Source of the DNA: Rhodosorus marinus CCMP1338
Taxonomy: Eukaryota > Plantae > Rhodophyta
Length of the DNA: 64,000 bases
Direction of reading: 5' to 3'
Assembly: GCA_029953675.1 (NCBI GenBank)
Contig: JAMWBK010000012.1
Coordinates: 868,001-932,000 of the forward strand
A model generated the notes under the pieces. It was given only the letters and a program-made list of their open reading frames with translations. It was not told the DNA's origin and searched no databases. Made by a program: the position numbers and the translations under genes. How positions within the stretch are numbered: position 1 is the first letter of the stretch; each line of letters opens with the position of its first letter. Below, piece by piece: positions 61,949 through 64,000 of the stretch.

Positions 61949-62453
61949 ATGTCTGAATTTGCGTATTCTGGGGTGTCGAATGGGGAAGGCGGGGCTGGCG
62001 GAAGTGGAACCGGGGCGATGGCTATTGCATCTCGATTTATTCCTACTGCAGAGGGTCTGAAGGATTCTGTGCTTGGGTCGTTCTCAAAGGCACAGCCTTG
62101 GGGAGAGTTTGCGAATATCAAGCAATTTAATATTCTCCAGGCGAGCGAGGTCCCTGACAGATTGAAGGAGAACATTCCCCACTATGCCTTTCAACTACGT
62201 GATCATTTTCCTCGTCCTCAGCGTCTTTGTCGTCCTCACGAAGCCGTTGTCCCTTGTGTCTGTTGCCCTGGTTATCCTCGGGGATTACCGCCTTTTCGTC
62301 ATGGCTGGTGAAGATCCGGTGAAGCCACCTTCACCGCGGCCCACGCCCATTGGAGCTTGACACGAACGTGAAAAGGGGCGCTGTCCTGTCAGTCGGCGGC
62401 ATCTTGCTCTTCTGGATGACCGGTGCAATCACCGGTATTATGTCCTTATCGGT
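61949..62453 (+). pseudogene. PRA1: PRA1 (prenylated Rab acceptor) pseudogene, frameshifted and truncated by a CRE insertion
   Basis: AQPWGEFA...EVPDRLKENIPHYAF/NYVIIFLVLSVFVVLTKPLSL, with frameshifts from about 62190 onward; cut at TATCGGT|GATGATCCGTTTATTCAG. Confidence 0.8.
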
Positions 62454-63975
62454 GATGATCCGTTTATTCAGAGACTAACTACCCTGAGAAGCGAGAGACA
62501 AGACGCTGATGATGCGCGTCCACAAACAAAGCAGAATTGGAGCGCCACACGGTCAAAGAAAGCTCCGTGAGCAGACTATCTAAACGCCCTGGGTCGTTGC
62601 GAAACAGAGCTCCCAGCCAGCAAGAACCTACACTATCTATCAAGCCAAAGCACTCAATAGTGAGGGGGACGAACCGGTATGTCACCGCCGAATCGCGAAA
62701 GGTAGGTTTTGACATTGCTGCCGCGTACTGCGAATCTTTCACTTGCCGCATGGACCGAGCTGCAGCTCCTCGACGCCGAGTCGACGCAGGCAGGTACCTG
62801 GCTGTTCCGCTACCTTCGTTCTCAATCGCTCCGTACCGAGCGATTGAGAACGAAGGTAGCGGAACAGCAAGCGGTTGAGCCGCGTATGGCGTCTGGTCCG
62901 GGCCCCTTGAACCTCCGCACAAGACGCCAACAGATGCGCACCATAATCACCCCACGGCACATTGGCCCCGCACAATGCGCATCTAGAATCCCGCTCAACA
63001 GGCCGAGCAAGGGGGTTGCGGCAAGCCCAGGTAAAGTCGTAAGCTTACACTAAGTTCGAGATCGGTAAGCGCCAACCGCGGATACGCAGGTATGACCGTG
63101 AATAAACGCGAGGTGAGACTCCCCCCAAAACCGCGCAGGCGAGCAAAAGTCGACGCCGAGCACGAAGGTATACTCAGAAGGGTGGCATACGAGTCCCGAT
63201 GTATGTTCCACGAAAGGGTTTTTTGGATTACATCGGTGCTCGAAGGGGCCGGACCCGACCGGGAAACGCCCTCCTCTGGCGGTCTCGACGGCACAGCCAC
63301 GGCGTCAATATCCCCGGCAGTTTCTACACCATTTCCAACACACGGTGCTGCAGCAGAGACTCCCGACCGCTGGCCACCGAGGGAGTCAAGAACTGCCGCC
63401 CAGGAATCGCAACGAGCCTGGGTACGGTACTGTCGGTCTTCTGGGTGCGTCCATGCTCTGGCGAGGAAGCCCGCCAGCGAACTTGAATTTGAGTCTGGCT
63501 TAACACAGGGCTAGATCCTTTCGATACTCTAGCCTAGACTGGGTTGCGGCAACCCCAGGTACAATCGCAAGTTTACACGAAGTTCGAGATCGGTAAGCGC
63601 CAACCGCGGATACGCATGTATGACCGTGAAGAAACGCGAGCTGGGACTCCCCCCGAACCGCGCAGGCGAGCCAAAGTCGACGCCGAGCAGGAAGGTGGAC
63701 AAGGGTGGCATACGAGTCCCGATGTATGTCCCACGAAAGGGGTTTTTGGATTACATCGGTCCTCGAAGGGGCCGGACCCGACCGGGAAGGCCCTCCTCTG
63801 GCGGTCTCGACGGGACAGCTATGGCGTCAATATCCTCGGCACTTTCTACACCATTTCCAACACACGCCGCTGCAGCAAAGACTCCCGAACGTTGGCCGCC
63901 GAGAGAGTCAAGAACTGCCGCCCAGGATTCGCAACGAACCTGGGTACCACTCGGCAGGGCAGTGCATTGACCCTC
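62454..63975 (-). mobile_element. Rearranged 3' fragments of family A
   Basis: 3' terminus at 62454; RLE C-terminus IECFG...SRFSG*; internal fold-back; duplicated upstream segments at 63060-63430 and 63570-63960. Confidence 0.9.
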
Positions 63976-64000
63976 GTGTGTTTCAACGCTGCTTTATTGC

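Larger units (their letters stand above)
47440..64000. mobile_element. Nested, scrambled cluster of CRE-like RLE non-LTR retrotransposon fragments (family A) in both orientations
   Basis: More than 20 copies of the 3' terminus; repeated near-identical RLE-coding segments; RT fragments; many junctions at GAT-tail sequence. Confidence 0.95.

Noticed and set aside
43900-62500. Recurrent 30-40-bp repeat (GATGATCCGTTTATTCAGAG...) as a CRISPR-like array
   Set aside because: Spacing is irregular, orientation is mixed, the context is eukaryotic, and the repeat is the 3' terminus of an RLE retroelement.

Overview
Eukaryotic nuclear DNA with short GT-AG introns (mostly 60-210 nt). A red alga is likely, inferred from M-x-F-V/T-type plastid presequences, a Rheb gene and GalEa-like Copia remnants. 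The window has two parts. (1) About 1-47 kb is gene-rich: DET1, a PEX26/APEM9-like protein, a GDP-fucose transporter, a ferredoxin-MBL fusion, a GnT-I-like GT13, CCT6, a tetraspanin, importin-11, choline/ethanolamine kinase, beta-carbonic anhydrase, an M41-like pseudo-protease and Rheb. Between these lie decayed LTR remnants, diverged tandem duplications and one truncated RLE retroelement flanked by a 22-bp direct repeat. (2) About 47.4-64 kb, with outliers at 43.6-44.2 kb, is a scrambled nest of a CRE-like restriction-like-endonuclease (RLE) non-LTR retrotransposon. It holds about 25 copies of the element's 3' terminus (...TCAGGGTAGTTAG(G/C)CTCTGAATAAACGGA-TCATC) in both orientations, plus Copia and Gypsy fragments and a PRA1 pseudogene. 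The most striking signal is a set of 13-30-nt insertions made only of the element's 3' tip or (GAT)n tail, most flanked by 6-10-bp target-site duplications. They sit mostly inside other retroelement copies, recur at T^C(G) sites, and occur alongside perfect fold-back hairpins. All alignments were done by eye; no database searches were run.
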